Shown piece by piece: positions 38,226-53,532 of a stretch of DNA of 64,000 bases. Source of the DNA: the human T2T-CHM13v2.0 reference genome, Homo sapiens. The notes under the pieces were generated by a model. That model made no database searches, had not been told where the DNA came from, and saw nothing but the letters and a program-made list of their open reading frames with translations. Location of the stretch: the NCBI RefSeq assembly GCF_009914755.1, contig NC_060942.1; one strand, written 5' to 3'. The first letter of the stretch is position 1. Each line of letters starts with the position of its first letter. A program made the translations under genes and the position numbers.

Positions 38226-39971
38226 AACAGAGAGAAATCCAGAGTGAGCTCTCTTAGACCACAGCCATCAGAAAAAAACCAGTTCTTAAAGGGAAAGAGA
38301 CTGATGTTAACAATAAGCTCACATGTGTACTCAGGAAAACATCTAGAAAAGGCAGCAGTAAAGTCAGAGATCTTTAGTCTAGAAGGGTCTAGAACCACAG
38401 AAAAGTAAAATAAAGAATGACTTGCCAATTTGTATAGAACCATAGCTTGAATAAACAAGGTTTGTAGAAGTGAAATATTTATGAGTAAACTGAGGTTAGT
38501 GTTTGAAACTTATTTTGCTTTTAACCCATGTTGTCTGTGATATATTAAATTGCTGATAAGTGGATGAGACAGTCATATGTAGTGCTAATGTAAAGAGGTC
38601 TATTTATAAATAGCAGGAGCAAATGCACTGTATGATACATCTTTCCTGTTTTCTGTCATCATGGAGTAAATATAATTGCTGGTCTAAACAGGCTACACCT
38701 GTGGCAGCCACCTCAGGTGTAGGCCTGTGATTTAGAAGGAAATTATTCACTTATGAGTGATTGGTGTATCGTTTCCATCCAAGAGAGACGCAGTACAATA
38801 GATAAGCAATGTGGCCAGGTAGAAGGAGGCAGCTTTGCGGTCAGCTGATAAGACATTCTTTCTTTAGATTTCTTCTTCAATACTCATCACTCAGCCCTAT
38901 TGTTTCCTTCGGACCCCATCCGACTGTGTGGCACAGCTTCTTTATATCAGCTCACTCCTCTGGGCCTGAGTAAACCATGTGCCTGTAGAAAAAAAAAAAA
39001 ATGAGAAGGGAGGCAAAAAGCTCATCTTCTTGTAGCTGTCATGGATGTAAAAATCCTGGCAGCAAAGTGGGACTTGTGGTAATAATTGTGACACAATAGA
39101 TTTTGACAAGAGAGACTGTTGATATGTTCATTTGCATACTGATGTGTAGTACTCTTTCTTCACGTTATACACTCTGGGCCCAACTTGCAGGCCCAACCAT
39201 TCCTCCAGAACAAGGCATTGCTCAATCACTTAAGTCCAAAAAACTCTACATAAGAAAAGTGGCATTTTTTGTTTTTGAAAGAAAAAGTTATAAAAGAGAA
39301 AGGATGTAAAGATAAATATAAAGCAGGATTATGTGTGGCTGTATATTTCCTATTGGAAAGTATGGGCAATCTTTCAAGCTCATATACAAATGACATTGAC
39401 TGAAGGAGATTGAAATCCCATAAGAAAATATGTAGCTGACTATTTGAGAACTATGAAAACTATACACCTAACCATTGACGCGAGAGCCTAGAATCCATTG
39501 AGAATTGATTTACTCCTAAAATTCTAGCAACAAGCAGGTCTTTGTGAGTGGATGTCTAGACACTGAATGAAAAGAACAGGGAAGACATTCATCTCTCTTA
39601 TCCTACAGTTACAATCTTTCTAAAGATGCAAGGTTGATTTCTGTTGTTGTTTTTGCCATATTAGTATTTTTTAAAAGAAATATATTGTGACTGCTATAGA
39701 GCTAAGGCATCTTCGGAGTGGTGGTAACTGGCACAGCTGAATTCCACAGCTAGAATTGCACATTTGAGACCCATCTGTTAGTTTCTGAATTTTGTTATAA
39801 ACTAATCAGGAAGAACTTAAGTGGAAGCTCACTGGAATAAAATGGACGAGGACAATAAACTTCATGGTCATTGACTCAGCAAGATCATAATGATGCATAT
39901 GTGTGATATACTGTATATAAAGATTTAAATAATAACTGCTAAAGTCTGTCCTCTTAAAAACCTCCACATTT

Positions 39972-40360
<389 letters not shown>

Positions 40361-41016
40361 CTATAACAAGAATGGGAAAGCTCAGTTTTTATAGACAGCA
40401 GCTCCACTGATGACGTCAGATGTTTCCTTGATACTTCACATTCCCAGCGTCTCCAGCAGAGCAGCCAGCCGATGCCTCGCAACTGGCATCCTAGGGAAGG
40501 CTACTTCAGCCACCCAGTGGCTTCCTGGATTCTAGGCTCTCGAGTCTATGCTGAGCTCTAGAAGACTTCCTGGAAAACATATTTTTGTCACAACATGCAG
40601 TCATCACCTGTTTATTAAAAACAAGATTTTCTTTATCTCTGACTGAAGCATTTTCTAGAACATCTGGTTGGTTATACTTTACATAAATTAACAGACTGTC
40701 ATCTCCTCTTGACAGTTACCTGTTTACTTTCACTTCATTAAATGCCATTTTTCAGAAATAACACAAGATATATGAAACACAACATGTAATTAAGCAAAAC
40801 AATACAAATAAACATAAATAATCGTAATGAGAATGGGAAGGAAAAAATTCACTGGAGCATAAAACTGGGAATTTGTCTATTGCCAGGCCTGTGAAAGTAA
40901 ACTCAATGATTGCAGTGATGTTCTAGGAAGCTATAGTAACTAATTTGCATGTAATGTATATAGTGGTTTTTTAAATAATATGTTAAAAAGCCTTCCATCT
41001 TCAATTTATACCTTAA

Positions 41017-41339
<323 letters not shown>

Positions 41340-41779
41340 ATGCCCATCTTTTAGTCAAGGAAAATCCAATTCCATGCATATATAACAGAAACAAAATACT
41401 GGGGATGACCTGCTGAGATAAAGATAGAGGGGAGGTTCCAACATGACCCCCTCCTGAATGTGAACCCAGAAGGCCTGTGAGGCTTTGGGAATGCAGAAGC
41501 AGTAGCTGGAGATCCCATAGGCTTAGCAGTTTCCAATCACTTATTCCCATCCTATATTCCATTCAGGGCAAATCATTTTAACAGAGAGAAACACCTATCC
41601 ACATTTCCTATTCCCAGTTCAGTATCTTGTCTTTTTGATGAAATTACAGTATGTCTATTTTTGTCTTAACCAATTTTACCTATAGAGAAGGATATATATA
41701 TGTAAAGTGCCTCATCATTTATATTGATGAGCAAACATTTTCAAGAGTTGTATTTTTAGATTTCTGCTTGTCATTTTTA

Positions 41780-41782
<3 letters not shown>

Positions 41783-41827
<45 letters not shown>

Positions 41828-41857
41828 GTCTATCTATCTGTCTACCTATCTATCATC
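41783..41857. repeat. Compound (TATC)n/(TGTC) tetranucleotide STR
   Basis: About 11 pure TATC units followed by interrupted units. Confidence 0.97.
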
Positions 41858-42574
41858 TCCATTGCCTTTCAATGTGATCCCTGGGCAAATGGAGAGGAAA
41901 ATATAATAATTCGATTGTATCTTCTATAATTAGCAATAGCTATAAATTTCCTGTTACTATTCATATCAAAATCACATTTAAATTATTTAGCTCTGTCTGT
42001 ATTGAATATACATTACTCTCAACAGAACCTAACATTTTTCTCGTAATATCCATAATTCCATCTCATTTGCTCCCTCCACATATTGTCATTCTTCGGCTAA
42101 GTCTGTCAGTCACAGTTTCCGTCTGCTTCTCCTACTTCATGGGCCAATGTTTCTGAGACACACAGTGGGAGGAGAAAGAGAGTATCTTTCTGCCAGGTTT
42201 GGGAGGAAAGGGGCTCCACAGGCATGACAACTTTTGATTCCAGAATGAGAGTAAAGGATTAGGCGAAACACACCCAAACTTAAAATTATTTAACTCCATG
42301 TGAAAGTGCAAAATTTATACTCAATATTTTCTGGTCTAATTTCACTTTCTAGATGAACATTTTCCCCCCAGTAACAGTCCTAATAGACTTGCCAGACTTG
42401 ATACATAAAGGTTGTTAAGTGAGAAAAGGAAAAACAAAACCAGCTGAAATAGATGAGACCATTGCTCAGCAGCCTGAATATATGGAAGCCTTTAGAAGAG
42501 AAGGACAACTTTATGGTCTTTAAAATACCAGGAAGCCCTTGGCAAACTAAGTTGGTTAGAAGAGGCATGTAAAT

Positions 42575-43610
42575 TAAATACTTAATGTGTGTGAAAGAGA
42601 AAGACTATGTATATTCAACTGCATAAAGTTTAAACATTTTTCCATGGTGAGAAATGATAAACAGAAAGCAAAAGAGAATCAGAAGATTGGAAAACTATTT
42701 TTACACATATGACACAAGGTTACTATCTCCCATATATAAAAATCTCCTAAAATTAACTAAAACATTACAAATAGTCTAAGAAAATTGCTAGGATGAACAG
42801 GCAATTATAAGCGTTAATAAACATACAGAAGGTTGTTAAACTTTACTGAGAGTCGGAGGAATGTGAATTAAAGCAATAGTGAAATTGGACTGACAAAAAA
42901 TTTGCAGAAAATGGTAACATGTAATACCACCGAGGAGGCAAGGAAGGAGATACTATCAAAGACGGCTGGGTGAGCAGGAAGAGCTACAGACTTTCCCCCA
43001 AATAAATTTCAAAATATTTCTTAAAATTAAAAAGTATAAGTACCCATGAACTCAGTAATTCCATTTTAGAAATCTGTTATAGAAATGGAAAAAAAAAACA
43101 AAAAATAGCACCAATATATGAGGATATAATCTCAAGATAATTGACTACAACATTCTTTATGGTGGTAAAAAGGTATGAATCAAAAGGAGAATGGTGAAAT
43201 ATATTGTGTTCCACCTTATCAAAGGGGGACAGGTCTATATACTGGGTTAGAGTTGGATGCACTACAGAATATTGCACACCTATCACAGGATGAGTTTACT
43301 GTCATGCCACCTGATGTACGTTTACTCCACAGAAAGCTGTGGAGTATTATGCATGCCATTTTTCCACTTTTTTTTTTTTTTTTTTTTTTTTTTGCAAAAG
43401 ATCATATGTTTGCATGAGCATTAAGGGATGGGGCCAGATTGTTGGTGCTGGTTGTGGTGGGGCTGAGGGTGTTGGAGACAGAGAAGGAGCAGTGTGTGAA
43501 GGTAAACTAATGCCTCTCTTGTATTATTTCATTGATTTCACCATTTTATGATCATATACAATTTTTGTAATTTAGAAAATAAAAAATAAAAGTACATTAA
43601 ATTTGTCTGT
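42575..43610 (+). mobile_element. Old L1ME ORF2-end/3'UTR
   Basis: A-rich L1 motifs (aagattggaaaactattttt, cagtaattccattttagaaatct), ending tttttgtaatttagaaaataaaaaataaaa. Confidence 0.65.
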
Positions 43611-44336
43611 TAAAAAAAGAGAAAGAGCATGACTATGGATGCGGAAAAGGCAGGTGATGCACATCGTCACTTCACCCTTGTCAGGGAGAGAAGGGGACAC
43701 TGTGCAGAATGAAGAACTGGGCAGCGGAGGGCCTGGGTTCCAGCCCTGGGTCCAGCATCACTATGTGGGAAAACTGGGAACTAGAGTAGCCTGAGAGTAG
43801 GATCAAGCCTGAGGGAAGTCAGTGTTAACATTCAGGGGCATTTGGGTTACCTGGAATGCCAAGGGGGAAGGTGGATTAGGGGTGTGGGCAGACAATGAAC
43901 CAAATCGTCACCTGGCAGGAGGTGAGCTGAGGGGAGAGAGAGTGGGGAGGCTGCAAGAGGACTGGGAGCTGAGGGTGCTGTTGAGAGAGGATTATATGGG
44001 GCTGGGCAAAGGAGAAGGGTAACCCCAAATCCCCCAGCTCCCCAAGAATAAAGCCTGAGGCTCTGGAAAAGGGGGACGAACAAGGGGCTGGCCTGAAGGC
44101 TGAGCCGGGCTGCTCCAGGACAGAAAGCAGCAGCTGTGTCTTAGCCAGAGGAGAGAGGGCCCAGGCTCTGGGTGTTGGCCTCCTTCATGCTAATGCTCGG
44201 GTCTCTTGCTTTAGTGATGCTGCCCAGAGTGGCTTCAACCTCAGCTACACCTTGGCAGGGATACTGAGACAGAGTAACAGTTGTATCCTCACCTGGAGCT
44301 GGGACATTGAGGAGCAAAATTATGAACTCCTTAGGG

Positions 44337-44670
44337 CAAGTCTCCAACATGTTTGGCACCAGGGACAGGTGACATGGAAGACAATTTTTCCATGGTGTGT
44401 GCATGTGTGTGTGTGGCAGGGTGGTTTTGGGATGAAATGCCCCACCTCAGATCATCAGGCATGAGATTTTCATAAAGAGCAAGCCACCTAGATCCCTCAC
44501 ATGCACAGTTCACAATAGGGTTTGTGCTCCTATGAGAATCTAAAGCCACGGCTGATCTGACAGGAGGTAGAGCTCAGAGGGTAATGCTTACCCACCACTG
44601 CATACCTCCTGCTGTGTGGCCTGGTTTCTAAACAGGCCATGGACCGGTACCAGTGGGTGGGGAACCTTAG
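44337..44670 (+). mobile_element. MER1B hAT-Charlie DNA transposon
   Basis: tttggcaccagggac...ggaagacaatttttcca...cctcagatcatcaggcat...cacatgcacagttcacaatagggtt...gctgatctgacaggagg. Confidence 0.88.
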
Positions 44671-45192
44671 TTTAGGCTGCCAAAAGGAGCAATGGGCTGG
44701 GTGCCATGGTCCAGCTCCAGGAGGGCTTTGAGTTGGCCATGGTCATTGCCAAGTGGCAATGTTAGGACCAGAGCAGAACTGACCAGTGCCTGCCCTGGGG
44801 TCTGATCTTCCCTGAGGTTGTGTCTTCTGGAAACGTGGGTGGCAGTAATTAAATATCTGTGGCCCCCTTGGTTCCTCAGGATGAATGTTCTTCTATAATG
44901 CTGGAACTGTCTAATTTGATATCATTGTCCATAAAGAAAAAAACAGCAGGTACAAAAGGTAAAAGGCCAAGGGTAGGGACAGAGAAACAGAGTGTACAAG
45001 CTTCAACACTTGGGGTTAAGTGGAGTCTAAATCTAATTTCTTTAAGCCCAAGTCCATTAAAGGAAGCAGCTACATCCTTGCATAGCTGGCTTTGCATTCA
45101 GTATGTTGTAAATTCTTACTAACAGCAGCAGTAGGAATGTCCCCACACCTACCTGCCATGTCCTCTGCTTGGTGCCTATGAGAGAAGGTCAC

Positions 45193-45721
45193 GGGTGCAG
45201 ACACCTGAATGCACAGAGACCTGGGAGCAGAGCAACCTGGGAATTCAGAGACCTGGGGGTGCAGAGAGCTGTGGGTGCAGAGACTTGGAGGCAATGAGAA
45301 CTGGGGTCACAGAGACTTGGGGGAAAAGAGCCCTGGGGGTGCAGTGACCTGGGGATTCAGAGCCCTGGGGGTGCAGTGACCTGGGGGTGCAGAGACCTGG
45401 AGGCAATGAGAACTGGAGGCACAGAGACTTGGAGGCACAGAGCACTGGGGGTGCAGACACCTAGGGGTGCAGAGACCTGGGGATGCAGAGACCTGGGGGT
45501 GCAGTGACCTGGGGGTGCAGGGACCTGGATTCACAGAGACCTGGGGACACAGAGACCTGGGGGTACAGAGACCTGGGAGTGCAGAGACCTGGATGCAGAG
45601 AGAGCTGGGGGGGCAGAGACCTGGGGGAGCAGAGACCTGGGGGTGCAGAGACCCGGGGTACACAGACCTGGGGGAGCAGAGACCTGGGTACACAGAGACC
45701 CAGAGGTGCAGGTATCTGGGG
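45193..45721. repeat. G-rich minisatellite, about 16-bp unit GCAGAGACCTGGGGGT, about 33 copies
   Basis: Direct observation of degenerate tandem units. Confidence 0.95.
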
Positions 45722-47214
45722 CCAATCCAGCAGAGGCAACAGGTGTGGATTCTGTTGGATGGAAACATGATTCCTAGACGATGTGCTCTCTCCAACAGGA
45801 AGCAGTTTGGTGTCCTCTAGTTTGTTATCATAGTCCTTTTCAATGTGCAGCTTTCTCTTCAATCAGCTCTAGCTCAGAACCGAGAGCATGCCAGTTTCCT
45901 TGGGCATAATCCCATACCAGGGATCAAGCAGAGCCTGTGCTTTGCGGGTCCCCACAGGAGACCTTGGCATCACCCACCTGCCCTCTGGTTTTGACCCGCC
46001 AGAGGCATTTTATATCTCTTTGTACCTTGCATGATGCTTAAAGAGTCTGGCTGTCTTTGAAGTGTGTTGGCTGCTCCTAGACGCCTCTGTGCTGTCTCCC
46101 ACACTTCCACATGGCCCTTCAGCACTCAGCCTTTCCCCTCCCTGGAGTCTGGACACGAGCACACACATCACTGTGTGCTCATGGCCAGATTTCAATGGAA
46201 CGAGATTTGGGCACTTAGATCCCTTTGGGCCAATGCCAATGTCACAGAACAGGAAGGACGGATGGCAGGAGGGCTTATTCAAATAACGGGGCTGGGGACC
46301 CCCTAGACTGACCACTTAGTCAACAAAGACTGAGAGCCCCCACCCCAGTCCAGCCCACTGGGAAGGGAGCGAGTCAACCAGGTCCCTGCTTATTTGGCCT
46401 AAATGACTTGTTTTTGTTTTGTTTTCCCTTTTACAGTTTACAGTGTTGATTAAACTAGAGTTCTTTTATTGAATTGATTGGTGGTTTTGGAATTGCGCAG
46501 AGCAAACCACAATCAAATCCTGTGGGGTTGTCCAGAGTGCTCCTGCTGGCCACTTGGAGCAGAGAATGCTTGAGCTCTGCCCAGGCCAATGAGGTTTTGT
46601 TCTTTGAGAAAGGATGGAATGGAAACCAGACAGAAGAATAGTGGGGATGGGAGGAAAACTAAGGCAAGATACCGGAATCCAAGGAAAAAGAAAACAGAGA
46701 AAGATGGTACAAGGACGCAGGACAACTGAAGAAGGACTGTGGCCATGTCACAACCATAGCTGAGATAAAAGATCAAGAATTTGAAGGTGAGTACAGAAGA
46801 GCAGGACATATCCTCTTTGACAACTTGTTCACTCTAAAAATATTCTTTTTAAGTACTTATAGTATGCCAATTCTATAATGTAAAATTTGGGCTCTAATTA
46901 TCTCAAAAAGAAGAGGCTTCATGCACTGAAATTAAACTTTTTTTTCTTTGCATAAAGGTTCCAGCAGTCCTTCAGGGAGATAAAAAAGTAATGCAGACTT
47001 TTTTTGTTCTCACTTTTTCCTTTAAAATGAACAGCTCCAAGGCATAACACCAGGCACCTTCAGTCTGAGGCTGCCACGAGATGGGGTGCAAGTTGTCTCA
47101 TTTACATTAAGCTGAGTTAGAATTTGGAGAATTTACCTCCCTTCCTTCACACTTATGATTCCCAACTGCCCTCAGGATCAGTCCATCAGACCTGAATCCC
47201 AATCCCTGTGCCAC

Positions 47215-47355
47215 CTCTGATTGGCACTACCTAATTTTACAGATGGCAAAACAATGTTTCAGAAAAATTAAGTAACTTGCTCAGTTGCACATTTATAAAT
47301 GGTGGAGCTAAAATGGGAACTCAAGTCTATTTTGTCTCTAGAGTTTACACTCTCT
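47215..47355 (-). mobile_element. MIR fragment
   Basis: attttacagatggcaaaac...ttaagtaacttgctcagttgcaca...ggagctaaaatgggaactcaagtct. Confidence 0.7.
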
Positions 47356-48114
47356 CTTCCAAATTCCGTGTCTGCGTGTGCATGGAAATACATACACATG
47401 TATATGTATATATGGAAGTAGACAATAGCAAAGCATTGCCTTCTCTCCAAACAAGCACAAAATGCCAAGAAAATCTAAATTGTAATATGCATACTTTACA
47501 TGCAAGTCAGTTTACTAATGACAATGTAACTAAAAACACATGGAACTAACACCTGTTTTTTAATAAAATAAATGCAGAAACATAATTAGTAGGAAATGGA
47601 AACTTTGCATGTTTCTACATGACGATGATGATGATGGGGATAGTAGATGCTCCCATTTTGGAGGACTCCTTTCTTCCAGTGTCAATCATCATATTTGGAG
47701 TTTGGTGTAAGTTATTTACATTATTTATTTAAAGGGCTCCAATACTTTAGGCTTAAGCAATTGTTCTTTGCTAGGGGCCTTCTAATTTTCCTAGCGGGTA
47801 AGCATACTGCATTCAAATTTGGAAGTTGCTTATAGAAACAAGATTATAAAGATGTCTGAATAAGCTAAAATAAAATTATTGGTGATAAACTTGATCATGC
47901 CTTAATTCTATTTAGTCCTAAAAGCCTAATATTTTGTCATTCGGAAGAGAAATGTATTCATTCAGCAAAGATTTTTGAAATGTTCTAACAACACACTCTA
48001 GGAATTAGAAAATGAATTTACCAGACAATCTGCAAGTGAATTTTTTTTTAACCAAATCTACCATTATTTGGAGAATGTTTGTTAGCATACCCACAGACAA
48101 ATGTGTAGGAATAT

Positions 48115-48635
<521 letters not shown>

Positions 48636-49421
48636 AGCATCATTTTATCAGATAGTTTTCCTACATCTTTTGAGATGATCACTTAGATTGTCTCCCTAAT
48701 ATGTTAATATGGTGACTTCCCTTAATAAATTTCCTGCTGATAAAGAATCCAGCATTTCCAGAATAAACTCAACTGCAAATAACATATCATATTTTTATAT
48801 ATGTAGTAAGTTAGTTTAAATTTATTTAAAACCTTTACAAGTGGAATTTTTCTTCCTTATTACTATACTCATGTAGTTTGAGATCAGGGATATACTACCA
48901 TCAAAAAACAAACTGAGAAATGCTCATTTTCTCTAATTCCTAGAAGAACTGGTGCAAGATTGGAATTTCTCGAATGTTTGGTAAAATTGTGTGTAAAATT
49001 GTCAAGGGCAACGTCTTTTCTTGTAAGGGAATTTTAAAGTATTGACAATTTTAAAGCAAGATTCTAGAGTGTATTTTTTCATTTCTTCTCATGTTATTTA
49101 CAGGAAACTATTCATTTTGTATAAACTTTCAAATATATTGGCATAAAGTTCATAATATTCTCTGGTTTTTAATATCTGCTATTTGTAGTTATGACTCCCT
49201 TTTCATGCCTTAGCTTATTTATTATTATCTCCTATGTCCTCCTGAGTTTTGATAATTTTGTGTATTTTATAGCTTTTTAAAGCTATATATCACATGTTGA
49301 TATGTCCCATTATGTTTATTTTCTTTTTTAAAAAATTAATCTTTGCCTTTTATTGTTTCATCGTTTACTTTCATTGGATTTATCCTGTTAGTATTTTAAT
49401 ATCTTTTAAAATTGAATTAGT

Positions 49422-49720
<299 letters not shown>

Positions 49721-51022
49721 AAAATTGAATTAGCTCAATTTTCAGCTTTTAAAATTATATATTTCTCTAAATATAGTGTTATGTACAATTTTATAGCTTT
49801 TGATAAATAGTTTTTTGCTATCTTTTGGTTATAAGCATCTTATAATTATCACTATAATTATTCTTGACCTTTTAAAAATATATAAATGTAGGTTTAAAAA
49901 ATTATATATATTTTAATTGTTAATTTGTAATTTAATTGCTGATAATCAAATATCTTGTTCTATATATTACTCATTCTATTAAATGTTAAAGCTCGCTTTA
50001 TGGCCTAGTAATGGTTCAATTTATATGTCTGAGAAGACGATAATATTCTGTAAATGTTTAGTGAATTATTCTATATATATTCATTACATTATTTTTTAAT
50101 TATGTTTTTTGACTCTTCTATGTATTTACCAATTTTTATTGCTTTATCAATAATTGAAAAAGTTGTAATAAATATTTCTATTACAGTTATGGATTGGACA
50201 ATATCTTCTTTAAAATCTGAAAATTTTTTGATGTAATTCAATGCTTCTCATTAGATTTATATACAGTTAGATTTGTTATATCTTCTTGTTGAATTGACTT
50301 TTCATCATTGAGTTGTAGCAACTTTTATTCTCTTTAATAGTGTATTTTACCTTAAAGAGTTATTTTTTCTACTATTGTAGTAAAGCTATTCCAACTTTTT
50401 ATTAAGATATTTTTCTATCTTTTTTCAACCATTTATTTTTTAATGTCTTTTTGTTTTATATGCATATTTAGCAAACACACACTTATGTGCATACATAATA
50501 GTGGTCTTAATTGGCAAGTTTAGACCATTTGCGTTTATTATTATTACAAAATTCTTTCTAGTATTTCATATTTTGGTTTTTATTTGTCTTGCTTTTTTTT
50601 TTTTCTAATGCTTCTTTACTTCTGCTTTGCAATCTACCCTTGGTTTCCACAGTTAGTCCTATTACCATCTCCAGTTTGGTGAGTTTTTTTTCTAGCTGGA
50701 CTTATACATACTATACTATGTTTAAAAACTCCCCCACTGAGAGATATCATTGCACTGATCTATACGTCTATACCTACGGAATATCACTGTATTAAAGACT
50801 CTATCTTTAAAGTATCCTTTGGGTTCTGAGTAAGTGTCTTTTTTGTTCTTTTGGAAATGGTTTTAAGTATTCTTGGTTTTAGCACTCCCAGATTAATTTG
50901 ATAATTAGATTGCAAAGTTTTAAAAAAAATTTCTATTAGACTTTTTATTTGGATCACATTGAATTTATAGACTCACTATGGGAAACTTACTATCTTTAAA
51001 ATATCTATGAGGGAATGCGATA

Positions 51023-51385
51023 CAGGTTGAGTATTTTTTTATAAGATGCTTGGGATCAGAAGTGTTTCAGGTTTCAGATTTTTTTTCACATTTTGGAATA
51101 TTTGCATAGATATAATGAGATATCTTGGGTATGAGACCCAACTCTAAATATAATATTCATTTATGTCTCATATACACCATCACATGGCATAAAGGTAATT
51201 TTATACAATATTTTAAATAATTTCATACCTGAGGAAAATTTTTACTGTGTTTTCACTGTGACCCATCACATGAGGTCAGGTGTGGAATTTTTCACTTGTG
51301 GTATCATGTCAGTGCTCAAAACATTTTAGATGTTTGGAGAATTGTGAATTTTGGATTTTTGGATAAGGAGTGTTCATTCAATTTG
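51023..51385. mobile_element. Tigger4b (MER46B/Zombi) TcMar DNA transposon
   Basis: TA-CAGGTTGAGTAT...ttcaatttg-TA termini and internal catgaggtcaggtgtggaattttcacttgtgg. Confidence 0.85.
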
Positions 51386-52549
51386 TATATCTATCCATAT
51401 TTTCATGTTCTTTAAAAGTTTTAAAAAATTTTGTACAGCTTTACTTATATATCTTGCACATATATAAGTTTAGATTTATTTGTTAGCATTCATTTGTCTT
51501 GATTGGAATTTCTCTTGGCATTTTCAAATTATTGATATTAAAAAAGTCTCAATCTTTACATATTTTGTAGTCCACCATATTGCAAAGCCCTTTTATTTCT
51601 TCAAACTACACCAATTTATCTTGATATAGTGATAGTGCTGGAGAAATGGCAGTTTAAGCTCTTCATTTCTAATATTTACACATTTTAACTTTTTCCTTTT
51701 ATTATTACATTGACTGAAATGCATAGGAAGATAGAGGTGCAACGAGCATACTTATCTTCTTCCTGACTTTTTAATGTTATTTCTAATGTTTCCCACTGAG
51801 ATTACGTTAGATTTCTTCTAGCTACCATATATCAATGACAAGATGAGACGATCTCTTCGTTTGTGTAGATAATTATCTTTGAATCTAGAATTATATTTTG
51901 TCAAAACCATATATGCATGTATGTATGTCTATACCTATATCTATCTATAGACAGAAACAGAGACAGACAGAAGACAGACATTTATCTTTTCAGTTCCCTA
52001 TATATGTTATAGTAGTGACAAAAAACTGACAATTTAAAACAATGTTGAACCTTTCTTGGTTTTTTGGGGAACCTACTTATTCACGCTGTATTATTCATTT
52101 AGTACATACTACGTTCAATTTTTAATATTTTAATTAATTTTTTACATTCGTATTTATAAAGGAAAGTGAGGGGCCTCAAATTTTCTTTGCTTAATATATC
52201 CTTGACAAATTTTCATAGCAAGGTATCTAGACCAATATAATGAGTTGTGTTTTTTTTCTTTTTTGCTGTTCTCACATATTTTATATAACATAGGAATGAT
52301 CTCTCAAATAACATTTGCTATAATTTACTAATCTCGACATCTGAGCCTGTTTTAAAAGGTAAATCTTCAGTTTTTATTTAATCTCTCTAGCATTTTTCTG
52401 GTCAAGTTTTGTATAATACTACATCTTTGTCAAATTTTGTAATTTATCTCTTGAAAACAATTTTTATAGACAGATTGATATAGAGCTAAGTCACGTATTT
52501 TAATCTACCATGCACTGTGCCTATGCCCCTTTTCTCCTCATTGTTCTTT

Positions 52550-52848
52550 TCTTTCTTCTTTTTTTTTGACGGAGTTTTTGCTCTTGTTGCCCAGGATGGA
52601 GTGCAATGGCGTAATCTTGGCTTACCGCAACCTGCTCCTTCCTGGTTCAAGCAATTCTCCTGCCTCAGCCTACTGAGTAGCTGGGACTACAGGCATGCAT
52701 CACCACACCCAGCTAATTTTGTATTTTTAATAGAGACGGGGTTTGGGCGTGTTGGTCAGGTTGATCTCGAACTCCCAACCTCAGGTGATCTGCCCACTTC
52801 AGCCTCCCAAAGTGCTGGGATTACAAGTGTGAGCCACTACACCCGGCC
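52550..52848 (-). mobile_element. AluSp-like with 15-bp TSD
   Basis: gctcttgttgcccagg, gtgcaatggc, ttggtcagg. TSD tcctcattg(t/g)tcttt at 52535-52549 and 52849-52863. Confidence 0.95.
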
Positions 52849-53532
52849 TCCTCATTGGTCTTTATTGATGACTTCCATCATTTTTTTGATACTGTTGTAA
52901 TTGAATTGTTCTTTTTATTGGGTTTTAAACTAAACTCTTAATCTTTTTGAAGGATTTTACATTTTGTATGCTATTTTATTAAACCAGCTTTAATCTGATT
53001 AAGTTTTCCTCTTTTTAAAAAATTTATTTCATTTATTTAAGTTTAAAGACTTGCTATATATTTCCTTATTTTAGTAATTCAAGGCTACTTTTTCCCTCTA
53101 CATATGGCTTTTCCCTTTTCTTTCCTTTTTTTTTTTTTTTTTGGTTTGCCTTTCACAGATCTTCATAAGTAGTGCTCCTCTTATTATTCATTTCTGATTT
53201 GTAATCTTTTCAGTAATTTTTTGAAATTAGTATTTTACTTTCTAGGTGATTACATTTTAGAATCAAGCCTTTTGTTTTAAATGTTATTCTAAATTTTATA
53301 GCATTGTGATTTTTGTTTTCTTTAGTTTATCTTCTAGTATTGTTGAATTCAGTATCTCTTTTTTATGTCAAATTTTTTAAGTATCTGATGATCTGGAGAA
53401 ATGTTTCATCTTTGCATTTGAGGTTGTCAATTTGTTTATCCGTTTTCAGAAACTGTTGGCACAGGATGCATTTGAAAGGAGGCAGGATGCAGAGTCAGTC
53501 TCCTGTGGGGCTGGGAGAAGGGAAGCATGCAC

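Noticed and set aside
45070-45862. Multiple Pro/Ser/Gly-rich ORFs and an immunoglobulin-switch-like appearance
   Set aside because: The ORFs are translations of the 16-bp VNTR. It is short and poor in AGCT pentamers, unlike switch regions.
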